Source: an uncultured Methylomirabilota bacterium (GTDB taxonomy: Bacteria > Methylomirabilota > Methylomirabilia > Methylomirabilales > 2-02-FULL-66-22). Taken from it: a DNA stretch of 64,000 nt. The stretch spans positions 2,016,001 through 2,080,000 of the forward strand of contig CAWJSJ010000002.1 in NCBI GenBank assembly GCA_963845565.1, read 5' to 3'. Positions 44,294 to 54,970 of this stretch are shown here, piece after piece. A model generated the notes under the pieces. That model saw nothing but the letters and a program-made list of their open reading frames with translations. It did no database searches and was not told where the DNA came from. Positions within the stretch are counted from its first letter, which is position 1. Every line of letters begins with the position of its first letter. Made by a program: the position numbers and the translations under genes.

Positions 44294-45055
44294 CCGTCGG
44301 AAGCGAATGTCGCCATAGTGCGCCGTGACCGACTCGCCGGTGTTGTCGGTGTCGGTCATGATGGCCACCCCCGAGATCATGGGCGGCTCCTCGCCGAACG
44401 CCTTGCGGTAGTCCTCGACGATGTTTCGCTCGACCCGCACCCACTGCTGGAGTCGCCCCGGTCCCGACTCGACCACCACCATCCGGACGCGATCGGTATA
44501 GGCGTTGGGCAGGATGGTGTCTTTCGGGACGCGCCCCTCCCAGATGTAATTGATGCCGGCGTGGGGCGGGTAGGCGCCGTACAGCAGCTTGGCCGTCTCG
44601 TATTTCGCGTTGTCGAGGAAACCCAGCCGACCGGGATCGTACGCGAACGTGATGTAGAGGCGCGCCGGATAGTCGTCGCCGTCCTTCCGAGTCGGGTCGC
44701 CTTTCGTCAGAAGGTTGGACACGCGCCAGCGCCACTCCACGATCGGGAACTCTTTCGGATCGATTCGGATCTCGCGCGTTAGGCCCGAGGCTCCGGCGGT
44801 CGACACCGCTTCCACTACCACGTCCCCGTCCGGTCGGACCAGTCGATACCGGGTGTGCCGCTCGATTTTCTTGAAGGTGAGGGGCTTCCAGTCTGCGGGC
44901 GGGCCGTCGCCGGGAGTCTCGGCCGAGAAGCGTCCCACCTCCAGCACCGCGGGGGCCGTGCCCGCAGGCGCGCCGCCGGCCAGGAGCGCGGCGGCCAGAA
45001 CGCCGATCATGCTGAGCCATCGCGACCCCCGGAATATTCCGCATCGCTCAGTCAT
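44291..45055 (-). CDS. DUF3047 family protein
   Basis: WRWRV, GDDYPARLY, INYIW, ERNIVEDY..AFG, IMTDTDNT. Confidence 0.88.
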   Translation of the reverse strand: MTERCGIFRGSRWLSMIGVLAAALLAGGAPAGTAPAVLEVGRFSAETPGDGPPADWKPLTFKKIERHTRYRLVRPDGDVVVEAVSTAGASGLTREIRIDPKEFPIVEWRWRVSNLLTKGDPTRKDGDDYPARLYITFAYDPGRLGFLDNAKYETAKLLYGAYPPHAGINYIWEGRVPKDTILPNAYTDRVRMVVVESGPGRLQQWVRVERNIVEDYRKAFGEEPPMISGVAIMTDTDNTGESVTAHYGDIRFRR

Positions 45056-45698
45056 GGTCCGCCACCTCTTCCAGCAGATGCGCCAGTCGAGGATCCTGCC
45101 GGAGGCGACGCAGATCCTCCGGCTGGTCCACGTCCCAGCGCAGCGGGATCTCGGTCCAGCGCCATTCGAGTGCGCGCAGTCGCACGCGGGTTGCCGCCAT
45201 GACGCCGGCGGTGCTCCACGCGATATCCTCGAAGAGTTCGGCGGCGACCTGCCGAAGCGCCACCAGCGCGTAGCCGCCGTCCTCGACCGGGCAGAACACG
45301 GCATCCATGTCCCCGTTCAGCCCATCCCGCGCCGCCTGCAGGTCCTCCGGACACAGCGCCGGACAGTCGGTGCCGACGAGGATCGCGTGGCGATGGCGTC
45401 GGAGGGCGTCCGCCAGTGCGGTGTGCATTCGCTCGCCCAGGTCGCGACCCCGCTGGGGGACGAGGCGGAGTCCGTAGCGCGCCGCCAGCGACGCGAACCA
45501 CGGGTGGGCCGTATCCGGCGCACACCAGAGCTCCACGGGGCCGATCTCGGCGGCGAGGGCGGTCTCGAGACACTGCCGGGCCATGCGCCGGTAGAGCCGG
45601 GCAGCGCCCTCCGCGCCCAGGATGGGTGCGAGCCGGGTCTTGACCGTGCCCGGGACGGGTGCCTTGGCGAAGACCAGGACGCCGACCTGCTCAGACAT
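45048..45698 (-). CDS. TIGR04282-type CofC-like transferase
   Basis: FAKAPVPGTVKTRL, QRGRDLGERM, GTDCP, DGGYAL, DVDQPEDL. Confidence 0.9.
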   Translation of the reverse strand: MSEQVGVLVFAKAPVPGTVKTRLAPILGAEGAARLYRRMARQCLETALAAEIGPVELWCAPDTAHPWFASLAARYGLRLVPQRGRDLGERMHTALADALRRHRHAILVGTDCPALCPEDLQAARDGLNGDMDAVFCPVEDGGYALVALRQVAAELFEDIAWSTAGVMAATRVRLRALEWRWTEIPLRWDVDQPEDLRRLRQDPRLAHLLEEVADHD

Positions 45699-46402
45699 CG
45701 TGGTCGTGTCCGGGATAGTATCGGCTCGCCAGGCGGCACGGGTCCGCGCCGAAGAAATAGGCAATCCGCAGCCGCCACATGAAGAGGATCGTCCGCCAGA
45801 TGCCGTCCCGCTCCCAGCGGCGGCTGGAGGTCACGACCTGCGCCCGGAGACAGAGCGGGCGGCCGACCCGTTTGAGGCGAGCGCTCAGGGCAATATCCTC
45901 CATCAGGGGAATCTCCCGGTACCGGCCGACCGCCTCGAACGTCTCCCGTGCCACGAAGATCGCCTGATCGCCGGTGGCGACCCCGGTCAGGCGCGAGCGC
46001 AGGTTCATCAGGCCCCTCGACCATCCGAAGCGCGGGCCGCGTGCCGGAGAGCCGGACGTCGAAACGACCCCAGCACCGGCCGCACCTCGCCAAGCCGTCC
46101 AGGATCAGGCGATCCGCCTCGGGCGGCAGCCGGGTGTCCGCGTGGAGGAACAGCAGGACCTCCCCCTCGGCCAGCGTGGCTCCCGCATTCATCTGGAGGG
46201 CGCGACCGCGGGCGCTGCCGATGATCCGATCGGCGTGCGGTCGCGCGAGTTCGACGGTGCCGTCCCGGCTTCCCCCGTCGACCACGATGACCTGGTGCCC
46301 GGCCCGACGGTAGGGCTGGAGCGCTGCCAGTGCGGCGTCAATCCCCTCCGCCTCGTCCAGGCAGGGCACCACGATCGTCAGGTGTTTCGACCGCGTCTCC
46401 AT
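45691..46402 (-). CDS. TIGR04283-type glycosyltransferase family 2 (frameshift near 46015)
   Basis: VVDGGSRD, GRALQMNAGA, FLHADT; then TGDQAIF, LMEDI, TSSRRW. Confidence 0.88.
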
Positions 46403-46409
46403 CGGTGTA

Positions 46410-46481
46410 AGCCGTTGTCAAAGGATAATTTGACCGGAGAAATTCCGAAAAATGGCCAAGTTATTTCGCAACGGCTCCTAA
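46410..46481 (+). mobile_element. MITE-like element family A, short copy (72 bp)
   Basis: AGCCGTTGTCAAAG...GTTATTTCGCAACGGCTCCTAA; TAA at both ends. Confidence 0.7.
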
Positions 46482-46744
46482 TCTCCCGGCCGTGCGGAGC
46501 GATCGGCGGGCCGCGTCGTGGCGCCCGACCTTGGGCGGTGGACGGCGGGGCCGCGCGGGACGAGGATCGCCGGTCTGGGGGGGCGGTGTCAACAGGAAGT
46601 CGCCAATGCACCGCTCTGTGGGGATGTACCCAGAACCCGGGGCGGTCTGGGCATGGACAGGGCGCGCGCGCGGCGCTATGATGCCGCGATGTGCGGTCGG
46701 ACGAGATACACAACGGGCGATTTTAGACACGGAAGGAGGATGGT

Positions 46745-47494
46745 ATGAGCAAGCTTCAGGGGCAGGTGGCCATCGTGATTGGCGCGAGCAGCGGGATGGG
46801 GCGGGCGACGGCGCTGGCCTTCGTCGCAGAGGGGGCCAAGGTGGCGATTGCCGCTCGGCGGAAGGCGGAACTCGATTCGCTGGCCGCGGAGATCGCGCGG
46901 CGAGGCGGAGACGCCGTCGTGCTGACCGCGGACGTTGTCAAGCGGTCGGACGTCGACGCGGTGGTGCAGGCCGCCGTCGCGCGGTTCGGCAAAGTGGACG
47001 TGCTTGCGAACTGCGCCGGTGTCAACACGCGCGACCGACAGCTCGCTCTGCTCGATCAGGCGGGGTGGGACCGGATCGTCGGGATCAACCTGACCGGCGC
47101 GTTCCACTGCACGCAGGCGGTCTTGCCCAGGATGCGGGAGCAGAAGGGGGGGCTCATCATCCACGTGGCGTCGATCTCGGGTCTCTGGGGGGATTTCTCG
47201 GGCGCGGCGTACCAGGCCAGCAAGCACGGGATCGTAGGGCTGGCGAACGCGACGATGATGGAGGAACGGCTCAACGGGATCCGGGTCACGGTGATCTACC
47301 CTGGGCTGTGCGACACACCGATCCTGAACAACCGGCCGGTGCCGCCGAGCCAGGAACAGCGCGATCTGATGATGAAACCCGAGGACATCGCCGCGGCGTG
47401 CGTCTTCGCGGCCAGCCTGCCCCCGCGGACCTACGTGGCGGACCTGGTCCTGATGCCCGGGGCGCTCCAGTGCAACGGTCACCCGACGCCGTAG
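46745..47494 (+). CDS. SDR oxidoreductase
   Basis: GASSGMG, NCAG, YQASK. Confidence 0.95.
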   Translation: MSKLQGQVAIVIGASSGMGRATALAFVAEGAKVAIAARRKAELDSLAAEIARRGGDAVVLTADVVKRSDVDAVVQAAVARFGKVDVLANCAGVNTRDRQLALLDQAGWDRIVGINLTGAFHCTQAVLPRMREQKGGLIIHVASISGLWGDFSGAAYQASKHGIVGLANATMMEERLNGIRVTVIYPGLCDTPILNNRPVPPSQEQRDLMMKPEDIAAACVFAASLPPRTYVADLVLMPGALQCNGHPTP

Positions 47495-47629
47495 CCTGCC
47501 GTGCGCGGCGGGCCCGAGTTGCCCGTCGCGGGCAAACATGGTAGCTTGGCTTGCCCGCCGCCCGAGGGCGGATCGGGCGGGGTGACGATTCCATTTTCGA
47601 AGAGGCGCGAGTATTCACGGAGGTTTGGC

Positions 47630-49300
47630 ATGCGTAGCGACACGGTGAAGAAGGGGTACGACAAGGCGCCACACCGCAGCCTGTTCCGGGCGGTGGGTTT
47701 GAAAGACGCGGACTTCGACAAGCCGTTCATCGGGGTGGCCAACTCGTACGTTGGGATCATTCCGGGACACGTCCACCTCCAAGAGGTCGGACGCATCGTC
47801 CGGGAGGCGATTACCGAGGCCGGCGGTGTGCCGTTCGAGTTCAACACCATCGGGGTGGACGACGGAATCGCCATGGGCCACACCGGGATGCGCTTCTCGC
47901 TGCCCAGCCGCGAGCTGATCGCGGATGCCATCGAGACCATGGCGATGGCCCACTGCTTCGACGGGCTGGTGATGATCGGCAACTGCGACAAGATCGTCCC
48001 CGGGATGCTGATGGCCGCCATGCGGGTCAACATCCCGGCGATCTATGTCAGCGGCGGCCCGATGGCGGCGGGCAAGACGGGCGCCGGGAAGGTCGTGGAT
48101 CTGGCGACGGTGTTCGAGGCCGTGGGCTCCTATTCGGCCGGCAAGCTGGACGATGCGGCGCTGCTCGAACTGGAGAAGACCGGCTGCCCCACCTGCGGCT
48201 CCTGCTCCGGCATGTTCACGGCCAACTCCATGAACTGCCTGGCCGAGGCGCTGGGGATGGCCCTGCCGGGCAACGGCACCATCCTGGCGGTGGACGAGAA
48301 GCGGAAGGCGCTCTACCGGGCGGCGGGGCGGCAGATCCTGACGCTGGTGGCGAAGGATCTGAAGCCGCGCGACATCGTCACCCGCGAGACGATCGACAAC
48401 GCCTTCTGTCTGGACATGGCCATGGGCGGCTCGACCAACACCGTCCTCCACACACTGGCCATCGCGCACGAAGCCGGGATCCCGTACTCGCTGGACCGGA
48501 TCAACCAGCTGTCCGATCGCGTTCCGTATCTCTGCAAGGTGAGTCCGGCCGGGCATCACCACGTGGAGGACGTGGACCGGGCCGGCGGGGTCAACGCCAT
48601 CCTGAGCCGGCTGGCCGAAAAGGGTGATGTGCTCCGGCTCGATCGGCCGACGGTGAGCGGCAAGACGCTCGGCGAGGTGATCCGGGGCGCCAAGGTGGCG
48701 GACGACGACGTCATCCGTCCGCTCGCCAATCCCTACCGCGCCACCGGCGGCCTGACGGTGCTGTTTGGGAACCTGGCCCCGGAGGGGGGCGTGGTCAAGG
48801 CCGGCGGCGTGGCGCCGGAGATGCTCCGCCACGAGGGTCCTGCGGTGATCTTCGAATCGCAGGACGAGGCCCTGGCGGGCATCCTGAGCGGCAAGGTGAA
48901 GGCCGGGGACGTGGTCGTGATCCGGTACGAGGGCCCCAAGGGCGGCCCCGGCATGCAGGAGATGCTCTCGCCGACCTCCGCCATCATCGGGCGAGGTCTG
49001 GGCAAGTCGGTCTCGCTCATCACCGACGGGCGCTTCTCGGGGGCGAGCCACGGGGCCTGCATCGGACACGTGTCGCCCGAGGCGGCGGCGGGCGGTCCGA
49101 TCGGCCTGCTCAAGACCGGGGATCGCATCCGGATCGACATCGAGAAGCGGCTGCTGGAGGTGCAACTCAGCGGCGCGGAACTCCAAGCGCGCCGGGCCGC
49201 CTGGAAGCCGCTGGCGCCCCGCGTCACGACCGGCTGGCTGTATCGGTACTCCAAGATGGTGACGTCGGGGAGCCGCGGAGCGGTCCTCAGCGCCGATTGA
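47630..49300 (+). CDS. ilvD: dihydroxy-acid dehydratase
   Basis: [52 protein letters not shown]. Confidence 0.97.
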   Translation: MRSDTVKKGYDKAPHRSLFRAVGLKDADFDKPFIGVANSYVGIIPGHVHLQEVGRIVREAITEAGGVPFEFNTIGVDDGIAMGHTGMRFSLPSRELIADAIETMAMAHCFDGLVMIGNCDKIVPGMLMAAMRVNIPAIYVSGGPMAAGKTGAGKVVDLATVFEAVGSYSAGKLDDAALLELEKTGCPTCGSCSGMFTANSMNCLAEALGMALPGNGTILAVDEKRKALYRAAGRQILTLVAKDLKPRDIVTRETIDNAFCLDMAMGGSTNTVLHTLAIAHEAGIPYSLDRINQLSDRVPYLCKVSPAGHHHVEDVDRAGGVNAILSRLAEKGDVLRLDRPTVSGKTLGEVIRGAKVADDDVIRPLANPYRATGGLTVLFGNLAPEGGVVKAGGVAPEMLRHEGPAVIFESQDEALAGILSGKVKAGDVVVIRYEGPKGGPGMQEMLSPTSAIIGRGLGKSVSLITDGRFSGASHGACIGHVSPEAAAGGPIGLLKTGDRIRIDIEKRLLEVQLSGAELQARRAAWKPLAPRVTTGWLYRYSKMVTSGSRGAVLSAD

Positions 49301-49498
49301 CGGGGCGTCCGGGGCCCGGGGTGGGGCCCCGGGGAACCGGACGGCCAATGAGTCTCCAGCAGGGCGGGTCGGCAGTGCGGCCCGCCCTGCGTTTTTCCGG
49401 CAGGCGGGACTTGATTTTCCTGCCATCACTGTGGCAGGCTTCCTCGGACGGGCGGGGAGCCGCCGCGGTTCGTTGCGGTCGCGGGGAGGTTTGGTCCG

Positions 49499-50728
49499 AT
49501 GGGCATCGCCTCACAGACGGCGCCGGAAGACGAGGGGCGGCCGGACCCCCGGTATCTGACCCGGCTGGTCGCCCTCTTCTGCGCCGGTTGGGCCGTGATC
49601 TACGCCGACCGGACGATCCTGTATCCGCTCCTGACCGTGATCGCGGGCGAGTTCGGCCTGACCGGATTCCAGACCGGCCTGATCAGCAGCACCTACTTCA
49701 CGCTGTACGTGGCAGCCATGCTCCCGGCCGGTCTCCTGGCAGAGCGGCTGGGCCTCAAGCGCACGCTGGTGCTGTTTTTTTTCGTGTCGGCGGCGGGGGT
49801 GGCGGGGTTCGGGGCGGCCGCGGTGAACTACCTCGCGCTCCTCGCCATGGCCGGGCTGCACGGCGCGGGCGCGGGGGCCTATTACACCATGGCCTACAGC
49901 ATCACGATTCACACGGTGCCGAGCCGCCACCGCGGCATCGCGTCGGGCGTCATCAACGGCGGGATGTCCGTGGGCCTGGCGGTGGGCCTCGCCCTGGCGG
50001 GCCCGCTGTTTCACGCCACGGGAAGCTGGCGGATTCCGTTCGCGATCCTGGCGGTGCCGACGGTCCTGATGGCGGCGCTTTTCCAGGGGGCGGTGCGCGA
50101 GGTGCCGATTCCCCGTCGACGCGCCACCCCGGTCTGGGAGTTACTGTGTGACCCCACGCTGCTTCGGATGAACCTGTCCGGCTTCTGCGTCCTGTACGGC
50201 TGGTGGGTCGTGCTGTCCTGGGGACCGGTCTTCTTTCAGAGTGAACGGAACGTCAGCCTCACGATGTCGGGTCTCTATACCCTGGTGATCGCGGCGACCG
50301 CCATTCCATCCGGGCTGATCCTGGGACGCCTGTCGGATCGCATCGGTCGGAAGCGGATCATTTTGACGATGCTCCCCCTCATGGCGCTCAGCCTGGTGGT
50401 CATCCCGCAGGTGACATCGCGGACGGGGATGCTCCTGTCCCTCCTGGCGTACGGCCTGGTCGGAAAGCTCGCCTGGGACCCGCTGGCCATTGCCTGGCTG
50501 GGCGACTATGCGGCACGCCATCGGCCCGAGGCGGTGGGGGCGGCAGTGGCGCTCTTCTCCTTCTGCAGCGTCGTGTCGGCGGTGGTCGCCCCACCGGTGA
50601 CGGGCTGGATCAAAGACGTCACCGGCTCGCTGGCGGGGGGCTTCTACCTGGCGGCGGCGGTGGTCCTGGTCGGCTTCGCTCTCTCGCTGGGACCCGCCGA
50701 TGGCCGGCGGGGCGAGGTGGGAGCATGA
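49499..50728 (+). CDS. MFS transporter
   Basis: YADRT, GLLAERLGLKR, GRLSDRIGRK; about 12 TM. Confidence 0.92.
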   Translation: MGIASQTAPEDEGRPDPRYLTRLVALFCAGWAVIYADRTILYPLLTVIAGEFGLTGFQTGLISSTYFTLYVAAMLPAGLLAERLGLKRTLVLFFFVSAAGVAGFGAAAVNYLALLAMAGLHGAGAGAYYTMAYSITIHTVPSRHRGIASGVINGGMSVGLAVGLALAGPLFHATGSWRIPFAILAVPTVLMAALFQGAVREVPIPRRRATPVWELLCDPTLLRMNLSGFCVLYGWWVVLSWGPVFFQSERNVSLTMSGLYTLVIAATAIPSGLILGRLSDRIGRKRIILTMLPLMALSLVVIPQVTSRTGMLLSLLAYGLVGKLAWDPLAIAWLGDYAARHRPEAVGAAVALFSFCSVVSAVVAPPVTGWIKDVTGSLAGGFYLAAAVVLVGFALSLGPADGRRGEVGA

Positions 50729-52107
50729 TGTGCGCCGGCCGACCGCGCCCACCTGATGGGGTGCCGTATGGCATCCGAGGGGCACTCGGCCTCGCGGCGA
50801 TCGTGGCGGCCCTTGTGTCGGTCGGCCTCGCCGCGGACCCGGTGCCGGCCGGGGCGCCGAGGGACCCGGCGATTCGGGTGCTGGTCGTGAAGACCGAGGC
50901 CGAGGCGCGGGAGGCGATCGGCATGTTCACGGCTGGCATGACGTTCGATCGCATCGTGCGGGAGCGGTCGATCGGTCCGGAACGCGAGCGGGGAGGCTAT
51001 CTGGGCCGAGTGGACCCGGCGACCCTGTCCCCGGCGGCGCGCGCGGCGGTGGCCAGAACCCGGAGCGGACGACTGACTCCTGTCTTTCCGACCGACGGGG
51101 GTTTCGGCGTGATCCAGATCCTGACCGACCAGGAGGAGCAAGAGCTGGAGGCCAAGCTCCGCAAGGAACCCGAGGCGCTGGCGTTGCTCCAGGAAGGGAC
51201 GGACCTCGGCAAGCGCGGGGACCTTGACCGGGCCGTGGCGCTGCTCCAGCGGGCGGTGGAACTGAACCCCCTGCTGGCGGACGCCCACTTCAACCTGGCC
51301 GTCGGCTGGTGGCATCTCGGGCGTCATGAGGCCGCCATCACGGCGCTGCGCGAGGCCATCCGGCTCCAGCCCAAGGATTTCGACGCTCACCTCCTCCTGG
51401 GCGGCTGGCTGTCCCAGCGCGGCCGACCCGAGGAGGCCGTAGCGCACTTCGAGCGCGCGGCGGCGCTGGACATGAATTCCCTGGAGGCCTGGCGAATGCT
51501 CGCCCGGGCCTACGATGCCGCGGGCCGCGCCCGGGCGGCGGTCGGGGCGTATCGGCAGGCTCTCGGGCTGCTTGGCCGAGACGACCCGGCGCTGCTGGAG
51601 GCGCTGCTTGCGGCGGCGATGCGGGCGCCGGATGGGCCGGCGGCGGTGGAGGCGGCCCGCAAGCTCCGCGGGATCCGACCGGGATACGAGGGGTTCGTCG
51701 CGGTGGGGGATGCGCTCCTGCTGAACGGCGACGCCGAGGCGGCGGTACAGGAATACCGCAAGGCGCTCGGCTTGGCGCCCGCGTCGGTGCGGGGACAGGT
51801 CGGTCTGGCAACGGCCTTTGCCCGGCTGGGCCAGCGGGAGCCGGCGACGCAGCACCTGCTGGCGGCCATCCGCCTGGACCCGGCGAACCCACAGCACTAT
51901 CAGACGCTCTCGCGCCTGTACGAGGAGATGGGTAGGCTGGACCTGGCGATCGTGGCACAGCGCGACGGAGTGGCGGCGGCGTCCGGCGCGCCGGCGGCGA
52001 CGCGAGCGGCCATGGTGGATCAGTTGGCGGCGCTCTACGAACGTGCGGAGATGCGGCGGGAGGCGGAGCAGGAGCGGCGGCGCGCCAAGGCGCTCCGCGA
52101 GCCGTAG
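50725..52107 (+). CDS. parvulin-like (PpiC) domain + TPR repeat protein
   Basis: ERSIGPERERGGYLG rotamase-like segment, followed by many TPRs. Confidence 0.8.
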   Translation: MMCAGRPRPPDGVPYGIRGALGLAAIVAALVSVGLAADPVPAGAPRDPAIRVLVVKTEAEAREAIGMFTAGMTFDRIVRERSIGPERERGGYLGRVDPATLSPAARAAVARTRSGRLTPVFPTDGGFGVIQILTDQEEQELEAKLRKEPEALALLQEGTDLGKRGDLDRAVALLQRAVELNPLLADAHFNLAVGWWHLGRHEAAITALREAIRLQPKDFDAHLLLGGWLSQRGRPEEAVAHFERAAALDMNSLEAWRMLARAYDAAGRARAAVGAYRQALGLLGRDDPALLEALLAAAMRAPDGPAAVEAARKLRGIRPGYEGFVAVGDALLLNGDAEAAVQEYRKALGLAPASVRGQVGLATAFARLGQREPATQHLLAAIRLDPANPQHYQTLSRLYEEMGRLDLAIVAQRDGVAAASGAPAATRAAMVDQLAALYERAEMRREAEQERRRAKALREP

Positions 52108-52232
52108 CAGGCCGCTGAAAACGGCCCATCTGCAGCGTTGGTCCGCCTTGCCACTCGCTGCGACGTACCTGGAGTACGTCTCGCTCGGCCTTCGGCGGGC
52201 CGCCTTGCATCTGAGCCCTTTTGAGCGGCCTG
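52108..52232 (+). mobile_element. MITE-like element family B, copy 2
   Basis: CAGGCCGCTGAAAA...TTTTGAGCGGCCTG directly after the TAG stop. Confidence 0.8.
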
Positions 52233-52239
52233 GGGAGAG

Positions 52240-52385
52240 CAGGCCGCTGAAAACGGCCGATCTGCGGTGACCCATCCTGCGGATGGGTACCCCGCTTGCT
52301 TGGGCGCTCATTGCGGCGTACCTGGAGTACGCCTCACTCGGCCTTTCGCGTTCCGCCTTGCATCTGGGCCTTTTTGAGCAGCCTG
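52240..52385 (+). mobile_element. MITE-like element family B, copy 3 (tandem)
   Basis: Same ends and GTACCTGGAGTAC core; extra ACCCATCC-GGATGGGT hairpin. Confidence 0.8.
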
Positions 52386-52480
52386 GGCGAAAACAGGTTC
52401 TTCAGTATGCTGCGAAGGCGGACGCACTTCCGGAGGGGCAGCGACGGCCCGCGACGCGGCGCGGTGGGCGGGGGGACGAG

Positions 52481-53374
52481 ATGGACACGCGGTCTGCCGC
52501 CAAACTGCTTTCGACCCGACGCGCGATCGAGGACTGGCGCGACCGGAGTTTCCGCCGTCGCCCGGCGCTCAAGGTCCGAGGGGAGCGGAGCGCGCTCCGG
52601 TTCGTCAACGAGGTCGGCTTCTGCTTCACGCTGAGCGACTTCGGGCTGCCGGTGGCGAGCCTGTACGTGGCCGTCTGCGGCCGCCGCCATCCGCGCCGGC
52701 CCATCCATACCCACCACGACCCGGAGATCGGGCTCACGTGGAATCTGAAGAACAGTCTGCCCGCCAAGCGGCTCACCTACTACGGCAAACTGATCAGGGG
52801 AAAGCCGACCCTGGTGTCGCTGGCCCTCTTCCCGGCGTTCTGCGCGGTCATACGGGAGGGAAAAGGGAGCGGGGACTACATCGTGGATTATCGGCAGGGG
52901 CGGATGACCACGAGTGCCGTCCGGATCCTGGAGGCGCTGCATGAGCACGGGGCGCTGGCCACACCGGACCTGCGCCGGGCGGTCGCCCTGCACGGTGCGG
53001 AGCGCACGGTCGACTTCGACCGGACCATGGCCGAGTTGCAGCGGGGACTGTGGATCGTGAAGGTGGAAGAGGTGTACGACCCGGATTTTTACTACCGATG
53101 GGACCTGCTGGACAACTGGCTGCCGGAGCCGCTGGCGATCTCCCAAGACCTCAGACGGTCCGATGCGTCGCAGCGGCTCTGCGTCGCCTACCTCAAGGGC
53201 GCGGCGGCGACGCAACCGCGGTTTCTGGCAAGCCTGCTTGGCTTGAGCCTGGAGGAGACCGGGGCGGCGCTCCGTTCACTGGAGGCGGAGGGGTCCATCC
53301 GCCAAGGGCAACGTTTCAGCGGTCTTTCGGGGTCGTGGGTGGTCTGGACAGGGGCCCGAGCGGATGATCAATAG
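52481..53374 (+). CDS. AlkZ/YcaQ-related winged-helix DNA glycosylase-like protein
   Basis: ALRFVNEVGFCF, YYGKL..GKPTLVS, FDRTMAELQ, FYYRWDL. Confidence 0.65.
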   Translation: MDTRSAAKLLSTRRAIEDWRDRSFRRRPALKVRGERSALRFVNEVGFCFTLSDFGLPVASLYVAVCGRRHPRRPIHTHHDPEIGLTWNLKNSLPAKRLTYYGKLIRGKPTLVSLALFPAFCAVIREGKGSGDYIVDYRQGRMTTSAVRILEALHEHGALATPDLRRAVALHGAERTVDFDRTMAELQRGLWIVKVEEVYDPDFYYRWDLLDNWLPEPLAISQDLRRSDASQRLCVAYLKGAAATQPRFLASLLGLSLEETGAALRSLEAEGSIRQGQRFSGLSGSWVVWTGARADDQ

Positions 53375-53397
53375 TGCGCGGCGGAAAGGATTTCCCC

Positions 53398-53748
53398 ATG
53401 GAGGATCTGATCAGGGCCGTCCTCGCCTTTCGGGATGCGCGGGACTGGCGGCAGTTTCATAACCCGAAAGACCTGGCCATCTCCATCTGTCTGGAGGCGG
53501 CCGAACTCCTGGAGCCGTTTCAGTGGAAGCGCCCCGACGAGATCGCCGACTACCTCGCCGACGGCACGAATCGGCACCGCGTGGGCGAGGAGATGGCCGA
53601 CGTCCTGATCCTGCTGGTGTCCATGGCCGACGTCCTGGGGGTCAACCTGGTGGAGGCGGCTCGCGCCAAGCTGGCGGAGAACGCGCGCAAGTATCCGGTG
53701 GAGCGGGCCAAGGGAAATGCCAAGAAATACGACGAGCTGGCGTCCTAG
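53398..53748 (+). CDS. MazG-like nucleotide pyrophosphohydrolase
   Basis: RDWRQFHNPKDLA, EAAELLE.FQW, EEMADV, N..KYP. Confidence 0.93.
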   Translation: MEDLIRAVLAFRDARDWRQFHNPKDLAISICLEAAELLEPFQWKRPDEIADYLADGTNRHRVGEEMADVLILLVSMADVLGVNLVEAARAKLAENARKYPVERAKGNAKKYDELAS

Positions 53749-54970
53749 CGCGGCCGGTGGTGGGGCGGCCCTGTTGCTGGCCGGCTTGCTGGTCACGGCG
53801 TGCTCGAACGACGCGCCGCTGGCGGATCGGGTCGAGGCGCAGGTGCGACGTGGGCAAGCGGATCGAGCCCTGGTGCTCCTCGACAAGGAGATCCGGGCGC
53901 GACCGACCGACTGGGCGCTCCAGGATCTTCGCGTGCGGGTGCTGCTCCAGGCCGAGCGGGCGGACCAGGCGCTGCAAGCCTACGCCGAGCGGTGGATGCG
54001 CGAGGGGCACGACGCGTCGGCGCTCTTTCGGGGAATCGCGGTCGCGCTGTTACGCGAGGGGTTGCGCTCTCCCGACGGCTTGATCCGAACGCGGGCGGGC
54101 GCGGCGCTGGCTGTCTGGCATTCCCCGGAGCTGTGGCCCGTGTTCCGGGAAGCGCTCGCTCATCCCGAGGCCTCGATCCGGGCGCTGGCGGCGGAAGGCC
54201 TCGGCAAGCTGTCCGGCGACGAGGCGGATCGGCTCCTCCGGGCGGCCCTCGCCGACCCGGAGCACGCGGTGCGGGCGGCCGCGGCCGCCGCGCTGGCCGG
54301 GCGACAAGACCCGGACACGTTGGCGGCGCTGCGCGGGGCCCTGGCCGACCCCGCGCCGTCGGTCCGGATGAGCGCCGCCACGGTCCTGGCGCGGGGTGGA
54401 GATCCCCGAGCCAGCCGGCTCTTGACGGGGATGCTCACCGATCCGAGCGAGTCCATCCGCATGCAGGCGACGGAGGCTTTGGGACATCTCGGGTTACCCG
54501 ACACGGTTTCGGCTGTCCGTCCGCTGCTCCGCGACCGCAATCCGTATGTCCGGATCTATGCCGGCGAGGCCCTGGCGCGCCTGGGGGAGCCGGAAGGGCG
54601 CCGCCGACTCCTGGGAGCCCTTGCCGATCCGCGCCCCACGGTGGCCCTGTACGCTTCGGAGGCGCTGTCGAACCTGGGAGACGCGGCAGGATCCGAGCGT
54701 CTGGCGGCCGCCCTCGCATCCGGAGAGGACGTGTCCGTCCGTCTGTACGCCGCCTGGACGCTGGCGCGGCTCGGGGACGCACAAGGCCGGCCCGTCCTGG
54801 AGTCGCTGTTGCAACATCCGGATGCGCAGGTGCGGATGCAGGCCGTGTGGACCCTGGGGGAATTCCGGGACGCATCGGGGGTTCCCGGTTTGAAGCGCGG
54901 TGTCCTGGATGCGGCGCACCCGGTGCGCTGGCAGGCGGCGTGGGCGCTGGCGAGAGGGATGGGAACTTGA
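53717..54970 (+). CDS. HEAT-repeat lipoprotein (start uncertain)
   Basis: Lipobox LVTAC; repeated L.DP...VR..AA.AL units. Confidence 0.8.
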   Translation: MPRNTTSWRPSAAGGGAALLLAGLLVTACSNDAPLADRVEAQVRRGQADRALVLLDKEIRARPTDWALQDLRVRVLLQAERADQALQAYAERWMREGHDASALFRGIAVALLREGLRSPDGLIRTRAGAALAVWHSPELWPVFREALAHPEASIRALAAEGLGKLSGDEADRLLRAALADPEHAVRAAAAAALAGRQDPDTLAALRGALADPAPSVRMSAATVLARGGDPRASRLLTGMLTDPSESIRMQATEALGHLGLPDTVSAVRPLLRDRNPYVRIYAGEALARLGEPEGRRRLLGALADPRPTVALYASEALSNLGDAAGSERLAAALASGEDVSVRLYAAWTLARLGDAQGRPVLESLLQHPDAQVRMQAVWTLGEFRDASGVPGLKRGVLDAAHPVRWQAAWALARGMGT

